DNA from: Verrucomicrobiota bacterium
GTDB taxonomy: Bacteria; Verrucomicrobiota; Kiritimatiellia; CAJWTS01
Assembly (NCBI GenBank): GCA_027623315.1
Contig: JAQBYD010000014.1
Span: 375-64,374, forward strand
Reading direction: 5' to 3'
Length of the DNA stretch: 64,000 nucleotides
The translations under genes and the position numbers were made by a program. The notes beneath the pieces were generated by a model. The model did no database searches and had not been told where the DNA came from. It worked only from the letters and a program-made list of their open reading frames with translations. Shown here one piece after another: positions 19,378 through 28,898 of the stretch; positions within the stretch are counted from its first letter, which is position 1, and every line of letters begins with the position of its first letter.

Positions 19378-20522
19378 CCGTTGTTGTAGTCCTCGACGAT
19401 GTCCGAAACGATTCGAACTCGCTCGATGTCACCCGTCGATGAGATCTCGTCGGAGATACCGAGGATCAGCTTCGGAGCGAAGAGTTCGATGATGCGTTGC
19501 GTGCATTCGACGAGCGTTTCGACGGAGAACGTTTCATCAAAATAGACCGCCGGAATTCCGTCGAGCAGGAACATGTCGTCGCCCAACCCCGCCTTGATCT
19601 CTTCCAGTGTGACATCTCCCTGTGGGCGCGGTGTGATGGCCTCGATTCCGTCGAGGCCGGTCTCGCGGGCGAGTGGCAGGATCGGGCCGCAGTCGCCATC
19701 CCAATGCGAGCAGACGAATTTACCCGCCGCGTGCAATCGTTCGCAGCGCCGCTGGCAGGTGGGAAGGTGATACTTCATGAACATCTCCGGCGACAAGGTG
19801 GCCGAGTGAACATTTTCGCCGAAGTTGATGATCTCGATGGGAGATTCGTTGATCAGGTCGATCAGTTGCTCGTGGTGCTCCTCGCGCGCCCGGAAGAAGG
19901 CCTCGACGGTCTGGGGCCAGTCGTACAACGCGTAGATGCCGTTCTCGGAACCCATGCGGCTAATGTACAGGTCCTGGACATTCATACGTGGCATGAAGAT
20001 GGTGGGCGCACCCAGGTCGCCGACCTCGCTTTGGGCGCGGTCATAACAATCCTGAACCCACCCCCAATGCGCATGTTCCTCGCGCCATGTCGCGACTTTC
20101 AATTCCTCCTCGGTCTCGACTTCGCGCTTTTCGTGGATCACATGCCAGTTGTTCGTCGTCTTGCGCGTGATGGCAACTTGCTTGCCCACGGGAGTCTCGA
20201 TGACGTGTTCGGTTCGACCGTCTCCAAGATCATTGGCCGTGCGATGGACGCGTGGGTCTTCGCTCTCCCGGAAACAGCCGTTATAGTGGTTGTAGAGGCG
20301 ATCCGAACAGCCGAGGGCGCGAAAGATCTCGGGCACGGACATGCCTTCGTAGGGCTCCGGCAGCGGTTCTCCGGCAAACTGCTTATCGGTGTACCAACAT
20401 CCGATGCGTGGCTGCCAGATGATCCGGCCGCCAGACTCGCCGAAGCAGACCTGCCGGTGCAGCACCGACCAGTCACGCGGCGTAGTTGCCTTCGGCTCTC
20501 CAGATATCGAGGATTCGTTCAT
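19353..20522 (-). CDS. URO-D family methyltransferase paralogue
   Basis: 389 aa; SHWDGDCGPILPLARETGLDGIEAITP matches the URO-D C-terminal H-x-DG...P block. Confidence 0.7.
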   Translation of the reverse strand: MNESSISGEPKATTPRDWSVLHRQVCFGESGGRIIWQPRIGCWYTDKQFAGEPLPEPYEGMSVPEIFRALGCSDRLYNHYNGCFRESEDPRVHRTANDLGDGRTEHVIETPVGKQVAITRKTTNNWHVIHEKREVETEEELKVATWREEHAHWGWVQDCYDRAQSEVGDLGAPTIFMPRMNVQDLYISRMGSENGIYALYDWPQTVEAFFRAREEHHEQLIDLINESPIEIINFGENVHSATLSPEMFMKYHLPTCQRRCERLHAAGKFVCSHWDGDCGPILPLARETGLDGIEAITPRPQGDVTLEEIKAGLGDDMFLLDGIPAVYFDETFSVETLVECTQRIIELFAPKLILGISDEISSTGDIERVRIVSDIVEDYNNGCSGEVPS

Positions 20523-21444
20523 ATCGCTCCAGGGGCATTCCGGTGTAGATGCAGTTGCTCGTTGAGAAAATATACCCGCCGCCCGGCATGCCGTGTCGCA
20601 GAGCGTAGCGTGCGGATGCTTCCGCCTCCTCGACGGTGCCGGTGTCCATCAAGCCGCAGTTGATGTTGCCGATCAGGCATACCTGCTCGCCGTAGAGGCG
20701 CTTCATCTCCGCCATGTCGACGTCGCCCTGCGGATCCAGGGAATGCAGCGCATGGGGGTTGGCCTCGAGGAGTTGGTCGGCGATCGGCATGATGTTTCCG
20801 TCCGTGTGCTTGATCACGTAGAAGCCCATGTCGCGATAGGCGCTAACGAGCTGCACGAGGTATGGCGTCACGAACTCGGAAAACTGTCCCGGGCTGATGA
20901 ACGGACCGTCGTTGAAACAATAATCGGAGCAGAGCGCGAACCCATCGAGACCACCGTGTTGCGAAATCGCTTCGGCGCGCCGAACTGCGTTATCAACCAT
21001 CTGCTGCGCTTCGCGCTTGACCCCGTCGGCATCGTCCGCCAATCGGTAAGCGAACGCTTCGAGCTGCGCCCCGTTCGGGATGCCGAAGGTGGCATCACCG
21101 TGCAGCATGAGGAAGTACGTGTCGCCGCTCAACTCGCGCACGAGATCGATCATGCGGAGAGTCTCCGCGAGGGTGCCCGGGTTGGGATGCAGGAAGATGG
21201 CGTTGTGCTCGAAGCGCCGCGCCGTATCGATGAATAGACCGGCCATGTCCCGGCGGTGCAGTTCCCGCTCCTTCTCCTCCATTTGGTCCCACTGGTGATA
21301 GCTGCGGTGCGATGGGTGCACCTTGCCGAAGGCTTGCATGGTCAGGAAGAAGACCAGTTCGAAGTGGGGTACCCGTCCCGCCGGCGGTTGGCGCTCCAGG
21401 GCACGAATGAAGTCCTCGCGGGGAGCGCTCACGCGGCCGTCCAC
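20473..21444 (-). CDS. URO-D family methyltransferase paralogue (MtaA-like)
   Basis: 323 aa; N-terminal REDFIRALERQPPAGRVP, IKHTDGNIMPIADQLLEANPHALHSLDP block. Confidence 0.8.
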   Translation of the reverse strand: MDGRVSAPREDFIRALERQPPAGRVPHFELVFFLTMQAFGKVHPSHRSYHQWDQMEEKERELHRRDMAGLFIDTARRFEHNAIFLHPNPGTLAETLRMIDLVRELSGDTYFLMLHGDATFGIPNGAQLEAFAYRLADDADGVKREAQQMVDNAVRRAEAISQHGGLDGFALCSDYCFNDGPFISPGQFSEFVTPYLVQLVSAYRDMGFYVIKHTDGNIMPIADQLLEANPHALHSLDPQGDVDMAEMKRLYGEQVCLIGNINCGLMDTGTVEEAEASARYALRHGMPGGGYIFSTSNCIYTGMPLERYERILDIWRAEGNYAA

Positions 21445-21638
21445 CCCATCTCGGCGTCGTCGCAGCCCATGTGCTGCAGAAGGTTCGCATGGGCTTCCCG
21501 AGTCGCCCAGATATCCATCGGTATGCGGTCAGGCGCGTCGCGCTTCAGGATCGCGAGCCATCGCTCGCGAGAACTCAGGGCTTCCCGTTGCATAGGTTGA
21601 TCCTTTCTCGAGATGATCTTCGATCTCTTCGTAGGCAA
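21429..21638 (-). pseudogene. Possible orphan N-terminal fragment of a URO-D family gene
   Basis: 69-aa ORF RERWLAILKRDAPDRIPMDIW resembles MtaA-type N-termini; overlaps the 3' end of the upstream gene in another frame. Confidence 0.3.
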
Positions 21639-22833
21639 TCTGTACCCACCGCGTGAGACGCCACGGCTCGTTCTCTACGGTGTGCGTATCCTTCATGATC
21701 AGTTCCAGGGCGCACCCTCCGGCTGTCTGCAACGTCTTCCGGATGTCGTCGCGAACGGCTTCTTCGCGGAATCCGAGACAGACGGTGGCCGGATGTGGTT
21801 TGCGGCTGAAGATCGCTTGACCGTTCAGCTTCTCGGCCATGGTCTGCTCGTCGGCCCAGGGGGACACCGAGACGCGCCGCAGGCGGGGAATGGTCAGGAT
21901 GGAATCGATGCGGCTGTGTACCGGCTCGCAACATCCGTAGCAGTTGAGTCCGAACCGGTCGAGAAGCGGCAACTGGTACGGGAGGATAAACTCCTCGAAC
22001 ATCGCGGGCGAGATGCCGACGGTTTCCTGGGATTCGGCGAATCCCCAAATATCGCGGGTTCGGGCGGGTGCCCCCGGCATGAAGTCGACGGCGGGAAGAT
22101 CATCGGTGCAGCCGACTCCGCCGGATCCGACGTAGTGCGATCCGCTCATCAGCCTCAACAGGCCCTGCTTCTCGTGCCAGTCGATGAAGTGGGACTGCTC
22201 GTCGCGCAGCCACGCCATGAGCTGATGCACCGCGGCTGGATCGTCGCACATCATGAGCATGAACGGCTCGATTCCCACCAGCAGGACGGCGGTCCACGTG
22301 AGCCCGACCGTCCACCATGCCTGGCCACGAATTCGGGGGGGCAGGGTGGGGCCGAAGATCGCGTCCGCGCGCTCCACCTGTTCGTACGTCTTGACGCGGT
22401 CCACGGATGGTGTCCGGAAGTGCAGCTTCGTGAAATCGCGATGGAATTCCTTCAGCGGGTGATCCCAGACGTAGCTGCCGCGCTGGTCGCCCTGGATGTG
22501 TGGAATCTCTACACCGTAGTTGCCGGGCGATGTGCACCAGGCGATATCGAACCATGGCTCGATAAAGTTGTCGTCGCGAATGTGCTCCCACCAGTAGATC
22601 TTGCTTCGCAGCTTGTACTCCCAGTCTCGATGTATGGGATCGTTGCACTCCAGGGCGGAGTGCGGAAGGAGTTCCTCCCAGGCACCCTCGGGAAAGCAGA
22701 GCACCATGGGGCGCTCGGATCGCAGTCCGTTATGCTTCCGCCACAGTTGTTCGCGCGCGCGCGGATTCTGGAGTTCACAGATTTCGCGTACGCGCTCCGC
22801 CAGGCGACGAAGCACATCCGTGTCATGACTCAT
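21529..22833 (-). CDS. Divergent URO-D-like protein (candidate substrate-specific methyltransferase)
   Basis: 434 aa; LNCYGCCEPVHSRIDSILTIPRLRRVSVSPW aligns with the H-x-C...L...G...L..P block of the other paralogues (e.g. QIHCCGKYAHHLPALRDSGIRILGLEFHDP). Confidence 0.5.
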   Translation of the reverse strand: MSHDTDVLRRLAERVREICELQNPRAREQLWRKHNGLRSERPMVLCFPEGAWEELLPHSALECNDPIHRDWEYKLRSKIYWWEHIRDDNFIEPWFDIAWCTSPGNYGVEIPHIQGDQRGSYVWDHPLKEFHRDFTKLHFRTPSVDRVKTYEQVERADAIFGPTLPPRIRGQAWWTVGLTWTAVLLVGIEPFMLMMCDDPAAVHQLMAWLRDEQSHFIDWHEKQGLLRLMSGSHYVGSGGVGCTDDLPAVDFMPGAPARTRDIWGFAESQETVGISPAMFEEFILPYQLPLLDRFGLNCYGCCEPVHSRIDSILTIPRLRRVSVSPWADEQTMAEKLNGQAIFSRKPHPATVCLGFREEAVRDDIRKTLQTAGGCALELIMKDTHTVENEPWRLTRWVQIAYEEIEDHLEKGSTYATGSPEFSRAMARDPEARRA

Positions 22834-23666
22834 GGCGCCTTCTCGGTGCGAACAATCGTCTCATCCCCCGTCGGCGTCAAGCGGTGCCCGGGCGGTACGA
22901 CGAGGAACTCATCGGAGGCCCATTGGCCGTCCACAAGGCGTTGGATCATCGAAATGTCGCCCTCGACGTTCTCGAACTCCCAGCCGCGCTCCTTGGCCTC
23001 ATCGTGGGTTTGCGCCTTGTAGTTGGCGTCCTGCTCCAGGCCCATTTCAATGTAGGTGTACTTGGAATAGTTGCGCGTATGGTCGTACAGCTGCGTGTAG
23101 AGAAATTCTGCATTATCGGCGCCGTACTTCTCAACCATCTCCTCGTAGGTCTGGTTCATGCCCTGCTGGTTGGGGATCGATAGCTGCTGCAGTTCGCCGT
23201 CGTCGACACGGTTTCGTTCGATCCAGCCCGTGGTCTTGAAGTAGACGCCCGGATTCTTGAAGAAATAGTCCTGGTAGCGCTCACGGCTGCCGAGGAAGAG
23301 GGTAATGCAGTCGTGAGCGCGGGGCATGACCAGCGGAATCTCGCGTGCGGTCAACCCGGCAAGGCCGTTGTTGCAGAGCGCGTAACCAATGATCACGGCT
23401 TCGTAGTTCTCAAACTTGATCGCGTCGACGGCCGCCTGGACATGTTCGAGCATCTTCTCCGGAGCAATGTCGTGCAATCCCTTGGGCAGGAAGGCGGCAT
23501 CGACCTGGTTCGGGGTGCGCGACAGCGCGAGGCACATCTCGCGGAAGAAGATCTCGCACGAGACGAGGTGGAGCTTGCGCCGCCGCCATTCGGGGGCGGC
23601 GCACGCAACCTTATCCTCGGGTTGTCCGCCCGCGGGGGGTGCGGCGTCGTCGCCGGATTTGGGCAT
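22830..23666 (-). CDS. DUF1638-like protein (family recalled as co-occurring with corrinoid proteins/methyltransferases)
   Basis: 278 aa; motifs YEAVIIGYALCNNG and PRAHDCITLFLG recalled as DUF1638 hallmarks; 4-nt overlap with flanking genes. Confidence 0.55.
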   Translation of the reverse strand: MPKSGDDAAPPAGGQPEDKVACAAPEWRRRKLHLVSCEIFFREMCLALSRTPNQVDAAFLPKGLHDIAPEKMLEHVQAAVDAIKFENYEAVIIGYALCNNGLAGLTAREIPLVMPRAHDCITLFLGSRERYQDYFFKNPGVYFKTTGWIERNRVDDGELQQLSIPNQQGMNQTYEEMVEKYGADNAEFLYTQLYDHTRNYSKYTYIEMGLEQDANYKAQTHDEAKERGWEFENVEGDISMIQRLVDGQWASDEFLVVPPGHRLTPTGDETIVRTEKAP

Positions 23667-23687
23667 GTGGCCTCGCGCGTGTCTCGA

Positions 23688-24332
23688 CTAGGCTGCGGTG
23701 ACACCGACAAGCCGGCGTGCCTCGTTGACCGCTCCGCTCGCGTTGTCGCTGAATCCGTCGGCGCCGATTTCGTCGGCATAGGTCTGCGTGATCGGCGCTC
23801 CGCCAATCATCACCTTCAAGTCGCCGGCTGCCGGGGACTGCTTGACGAGGTCCACCACTGCGCGCATGCCGGGCATGGTCGTGGTCAGCAGTGCCGAGAG
23901 CGCGATGAGGTTCGCACCGTGTTCGGTCGCGGCCGCCACATACTGCTCGGGCGACACGTCGACGCCGAGATCGATGACCTCGAAACCACCGCCTTCGAGC
24001 ATCGAGGCCACCAGGTTCTTGCCGATGTCATGCAGGTCGCCCTGTACGGTGCCGACCACGACTCGTCCGGCCGGTTCCACATGGTTTTCGAGCAGCTTGG
24101 GGCGGATCAACTCCATGGCGGCTTTCATGGCGCGCGCAGCGATCAGAAGTTCGGGTACATAGAATACGTTGGCCTCGAACCGGCGCCCGGCCTCATCCAT
24201 CGCGGGAATCATGTATTTGTCCACGATCGACTTCGGGTCCGTGTTCTCGTCCAGGGCAGTTTGTGCCAGGGATCGCGCTGTCTTGTGGTCTCCCGACAGG
24301 ATGGCGTCGTACAGCGTGCTCAGGTCAGTCAT
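23688..24332 (-). CDS. Cobalamin-binding corrinoid protein (MtaC/MtbC-like)
   Basis: 214 aa; B12-binding DxHxxG motif GDLHDIGKN, downstream SALLTTTM and GG motifs of the Rossmann-like B12-binding domain, N-terminal helical cap. Confidence 0.85.
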   Translation of the reverse strand: MTDLSTLYDAILSGDHKTARSLAQTALDENTDPKSIVDKYMIPAMDEAGRRFEANVFYVPELLIAARAMKAAMELIRPKLLENHVEPAGRVVVGTVQGDLHDIGKNLVASMLEGGGFEVIDLGVDVSPEQYVAAATEHGANLIALSALLTTTMPGMRAVVDLVKQSPAAGDLKVMIGGAPITQTYADEIGADGFSDNASGAVNEARRLVGVTAA

Positions 24333-24730
24333 GTTTACTCCTCCTCGTGGGTGGCCGTGTTATGCGTTGGCCAATTTTGTTGTTTGCGAGATACGGGCTC
24401 GGATGCGAAGCACCCGCGCAGTCATGATGGCATCGTCATACGAGATGTGATCGGTGTCTCAATGCTAAGTCCGAACTGGGTGAGATCGTTGCCCTTCTGC
24501 GGTATTGTTCGGCGACCCTTCGGACAGCTCTCCCTTCACACTCGCCCTTATCGTTTGTCATTGTAAGGATTACGTGAAAGCGGGATTAAGAATGAGCGAA
24601 ACATCCACCGGTGCGCCAAGGATCGGCTACGGGCCGGGCGAACGTTCACATCGGCGCCGTTCCCACGCATGCCGCGCGGCAAGCTCCACCGCATAATTCG
24701 TGGGTGAAACTGAACTCCGAGATAGTAGGG

Positions 24731-24841
24731 CCCGCGAATCACGCGAATTCACGCGAATGAAGAGAAGAGAATCCGCGCCCATCCGCGTAATCCGCGGTTC
24801 CATCTCTGTCTGCATTCGCGTGGATTCGCGTGATTCGTGGG
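24731..24841. repeat. Large imperfect palindromic intergenic repeat (~47-bp arms, 15-bp centre)
   Basis: Left arm cccgcgaatcacgcgaattcacgcgaatgaagagaagagaatccgcg is the near reverse complement of right arm cgcggttccatctctgtctgcattcgcgtggattcgcgtgattcgtggg. Confidence 0.6.
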
Positions 24842-25465
24842 CCAAAGATTTGGTTAAGAATCAGACTAGGCCCAGATCAAGCGAACATAGGCGCGTGATG
24901 AGCGACCGAGCGGACGGCGCACTGGGTGGAGCGCGGTTGCGTGCGAGCTCTTCTGCGAATTGACGATCGCGTAAGGAAGCCCGTATTTCTCGTAAAGTTT
25001 GGACCGGCCATATCGCATCTCGAAGCGTACATCCCGAGCGTTTTCGGACACAGCGCCAACCGGCAGGTTGTCGTTCGCTTGCGCTCTGGAACGCGGCGCC
25101 AGTGGCTTCGTCTGCCAGCTGTGCGTCGCCGCCGCGCGGCCCCCGAAGGCTGCATTTCGGTGCCCGACGCAGGAGGGTCGGAAATTTGAGTCGCCAGATT
25201 GGGTCGAAAAGTGCCGATCCCAGGGGTGAGTAGTACTCCTGTACATGAACTCCTGGGATCGGTGCTTTGCGGCCTGATATGGTGATTCGAATTGCCAAGA
25301 AATGCAGTCTTCATTCTCGGCACCGTCTCGACTTCCGGCGACGCTCAGCGCTTGCTTCCATCGCGGTGGAAATTCGACAGCTCCGGACTCACTTCAACCA
25401 TCGACTCCGCAGGCCTCAGACCAGGACAATCGCCCGGCAATCAGAGTGTCGCTTGGCGGGTTCGC

Positions 25466-28400
25466 TTAATCTGGGCCCAGTAGGTCCTCAACGATCCCGA
25501 GAAGACTTGCCAGCCTCTCGTTGATCGTGTCGCCGTTCATGCGCGGGAACTGGGCGCTGTCCTTGACGTAACCCTGGTAGCCCCTGCACATCACCTTGCC
25601 GGATCGTGTCTCGATGCCGGCGAGGCGTTTCGCATGCGCGGCAATGCGGATGCGCGCCAGCAGAAGGAGTCCCTTTACGGGAGTGGGCAGGAGGCCGAAG
25701 CGGTCCTCCAATTCTTCGCGCAGGGCGTCAATATCGGTCGTGCGAGCCAGCGCGGCCACGCGCCGGTAGACGTCGAGGCGCAGGCGCTCGTCCTCGACGT
25801 AATCGTAGGGGATCGCGATCGTGTTCTCCTCGTCCATGTCCGGCACGAGATGAACGAAGTCGAGGTCGAGCCGGACGTCGATCAGAGGCGGCAGGTCCTC
25901 GCCCTTGAGGCTGCGTACGGTACGCTGCAGGAGCTGACAGTAGAGTGCGAATCCTACCGCGGCGATGTGTCCGCTCTGTTCCGCGCCAAGCAGGTTGCCC
26001 GCACCGCGGATTTCGAGATCGCGCAGCGCCAGCTGGAACCCCGCACCCGGCTGACTGTGCTGGCGCACGGCACTGATGCGCTTGCGCGCCACCGAATCAA
26101 TCCGCCCCTGTGCGGGAATCAGCAGAATCGCATAGGCCTTGCGGCTTGAGCGTCCCACACGCCCCCGTAACTGGTAGAGATCCGCGAGGCCAAAGCGGTC
26201 GGCGCGGTCGATGATAATCGTGTTCGCATTGGGAACATCGACCCCACTCTCGACGATGGTTGTGCAGAGCAATACGTCGGTTTCACCGTGCACAAAAGCG
26301 TGCATCACGTCCGACAGTTCCCCCGATGGCATCTGGCCATGTGCCACGGCAAAGCGCGCTTCGGGGACGAGGTCGTAGAGACGCTTGTGTACCGTTTCGA
26401 TCGTCATCACCCGGTTATGAATCAGGTAGACTTGTCCCTCGCGATTCACTTCGCGTAGAATCGCTTCACGGATCAGGCGCTCGTCATAACCACGCACGAT
26501 CGTCTCGACCTCGCGTCGTTCCTGCGGCGGCGTCTCGATCGTGCTCAGATCCTTGGCGCCGCTGAGACTGAGGTAGAGCGTGCGCGGGATCGGGGTCGCA
26601 GTCATGGTCAGGACATCCACCATCGTGCGTAACTGCTTGAGTCTCTCCTTGTGCCCCACGCCGAATCGCTGTTCCTCGTCGATGATCACCAGCCCGAGAT
26701 CCTTGAAGCGTACTCCCGGTTGTAGAAGACCGTGTGTGCCGACCACGATGTCGATCAGGCCCTCAGCGAGCTCCTCGAGGACCTTGAGGGTTTGCGTCCG
26801 CGTATTGAACCGGCTCATCATCTCGATGCGCACAGGGAATGGCGCCATGCGCTGACGGAAGGTGTCGAGATGCTGCTGGGCGAGCACCGTCGTGGGGACG
26901 AGCACCACCACCTGTTTGGCGTCCATGACCGCCTTGAAGGCCGCACGGATCGCGACCTCGGTCTTGCCGTAGCCCGCATCGCCGCAGATCAGCCGATCGG
27001 TGGGCCGCGCCTGCTCCATGTCGCCGCGAACGTCCTCGATCGCCTTTTCCTGGTCGGGCGTCTCGCGGTACGGGAAGGATGCTTCCAATTGACGCTGCCA
27101 TGCCGTGTCCGGCGGAAAGGCATAGCCGGGGAGGGCATCACGTTTGGCTTGGGTTTCGAGCAGGGATGCCGCGAGATCCTGCACCGCCACCTGCACCGCC
27201 TCTTTCTCGCGAGCCCAGCGCTTGCCGCCGAGCTTGTGACGTCTGATGTAGCGCTTTCCGGCCCCGACATAGCGGCTGAGCAGGTGAACCTGCGTGACCG
27301 GGATGTAGAGCAGGGCGTCGTCCTCGTACTCAAGCGCGATCACCTCGCGTGGTTGATCGTGAATCTTTACGGTGCGCATTCCGAGGTACTTGCCGATACC
27401 GTGATCGATATGCACCACGTGGTCACCGATCTCCAGGCCGGTGAGGTCGTCCAGCCGCGGGCCCGTGGCGACGGGGCGGGATCCCGGCAGCGACGGATCG
27501 TAGCGCCGGGTCTGTTCCTTGCGGCGCCCGTACAGATCGCTTTCGGCGACCAGTGCGAGCTTGTACTGCGGGCTGACGAAGCCGCTTGAGAGCCCGCCCG
27601 TGGTCAGGTCCAGCCCCTTCAACATCGCGGTGTCCGCATCCTGCTCAAATCGATCCATCGAGCCGGAGGTGTCGAAGTGCAGACGCACGGTGTGGCCCTT
27701 GCCGGTCAGATCGCCGAGGCGTTTCAGAAGTTCGCGCCGCGCCTTTTCCATAATATCTGGAGCCAGGATCTCGCGCGGCATATCGGACAGGGTGGTCAGG
27801 GGTAGAAAGTCGCCGAACGCCTCGGTGTCGTCGGTTTCCGGCGTCCCGGTGTAGACCTGGGTTGCGGCTGCCGAGGTCACCGAATCATAGAGGTCGTCAA
27901 GTTGGGAGACGAGGTGTTCGGCATCGGCCTCGATAGCGGACTCCATGAAGACGGCTGCGTGATCTTCGATCGAGTTTACATCCGACCAGACCCAGATCGT
28001 CCGCGGCGGCCAGTAGTTCGCCGCCCCGACCGTCTGGTCTCCCGCATCGACCATGGTCCATTCGGAAACCGGTAGAATCTCGAGCGTGTCCCGTCGTTCA
28101 AGGGATCGCTGGTTGGCTGGATTGAACAGGCGCAGCGACTCCACCTCGGATCCAAAGAAGTCGATGCGGGTGGGCCAATCGTCGCAGACCGGCCAGACAT
28201 CGATAATGCCGCCCTTCACCGCAGCTTGCCCCTTGATCGAGACCTGGGGCTGGATGTCGAATCCCGTCTCTGCGAGGACCGTCATTAATTCGTCGCGGTC
28301 GCGAGAGGCGCCGGGTTTCAAGGTGATCAGGAAGCGCGCGAGGGTCTGCGGTGTGATCGTGCGCTGCATCAGCGCCTGCACGGAGGTCACGCACAGCGCC

Positions 28401-28732
28401 GGTGCGCCCTCGGTAGAGAGCGTGCGCAGGGCGGCGAGTCGCCGGCCGGTGATCTCGGTGTCGGCGGATACGCTCTGGTGGGGGAAGGTCTGCCATGCCG
28501 GGACATAGAGAATCTGACTCGTATCACGACCACTCACGGTCAATAAATCACCGTGCCGCGTATCGAGAGACTGCGGGCCATCGGCGATCCAAACCACGGG
28601 CCGCTTCGTCGCCTCGTGCAGGGCATGCACGATCAGCGCCTCGGCCGACAGCGGCCAATCCGGAAGGCGCAGCGCGCTTTCGCGCGCAAGCATCTCCCTC
28701 AAATGCTTAATCAGGGTGCGTGGGGTCTTCAT
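25466..28732 (-). CDS. mfd: Transcription-repair coupling factor Mfd
   Basis: 1088 aa; CarD-like RNAP-interacting domain (GDHVVHIDHGIGKY), SF2 helicase motifs GDAGYGKTEVA, DEEQRFGV, C-terminal TRCF domain. Confidence 0.9.
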   Translation of the reverse strand: MKTPRTLIKHLREMLARESALRLPDWPLSAEALIVHALHEATKRPVVWIADGPQSLDTRHGDLLTVSGRDTSQILYVPAWQTFPHQSVSADTEITGRRLAALRTLSTEGAPALCVTSVQALMQRTITPQTLARFLITLKPGASRDRDELMTVLAETGFDIQPQVSIKGQAAVKGGIIDVWPVCDDWPTRIDFFGSEVESLRLFNPANQRSLERRDTLEILPVSEWTMVDAGDQTVGAANYWPPRTIWVWSDVNSIEDHAAVFMESAIEADAEHLVSQLDDLYDSVTSAAATQVYTGTPETDDTEAFGDFLPLTTLSDMPREILAPDIMEKARRELLKRLGDLTGKGHTVRLHFDTSGSMDRFEQDADTAMLKGLDLTTGGLSSGFVSPQYKLALVAESDLYGRRKEQTRRYDPSLPGSRPVATGPRLDDLTGLEIGDHVVHIDHGIGKYLGMRTVKIHDQPREVIALEYEDDALLYIPVTQVHLLSRYVGAGKRYIRRHKLGGKRWAREKEAVQVAVQDLAASLLETQAKRDALPGYAFPPDTAWQRQLEASFPYRETPDQEKAIEDVRGDMEQARPTDRLICGDAGYGKTEVAIRAAFKAVMDAKQVVVLVPTTVLAQQHLDTFRQRMAPFPVRIEMMSRFNTRTQTLKVLEELAEGLIDIVVGTHGLLQPGVRFKDLGLVIIDEEQRFGVGHKERLKQLRTMVDVLTMTATPIPRTLYLSLSGAKDLSTIETPPQERREVETIVRGYDERLIREAILREVNREGQVYLIHNRVMTIETVHKRLYDLVPEARFAVAHGQMPSGELSDVMHAFVHGETDVLLCTTIVESGVDVPNANTIIIDRADRFGLADLYQLRGRVGRSSRKAYAILLIPAQGRIDSVARKRISAVRQHSQPGAGFQLALRDLEIRGAGNLLGAEQSGHIAAVGFALYCQLLQRTVRSLKGEDLPPLIDVRLDLDFVHLVPDMDEENTIAIPYDYVEDERLRLDVYRRVAALARTTDIDALREELEDRFGLLPTPVKGLLLLARIRIAAHAKRLAGIETRSGKVMCRGYQGYVKDSAQFPRMNGDTINERLASLLGIVEDLLGPD

Positions 28733-28898
28733 GCCGCCCCCAGTGTACGGTCCGTCGGCAGATCTCTCAATCGCACTTTGCGGGGGATGAGGGACAGGTT
28801 CGGTGAGATTCGTTAGTGGTCCCGGGCCCTCGCCGGGCCAATAGCCTCATGCCCAGGGACAAGGGATCCGTGTGTAAGCGTAGGGGTTGAGGTGAAAT

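Noticed and set aside
24333-25465. Cobalamin riboswitch in front of the corrinoid operon
   Set aside because: I could not find the conserved B12-box by eye; left as a check for a covariance-model scan rather than a call.
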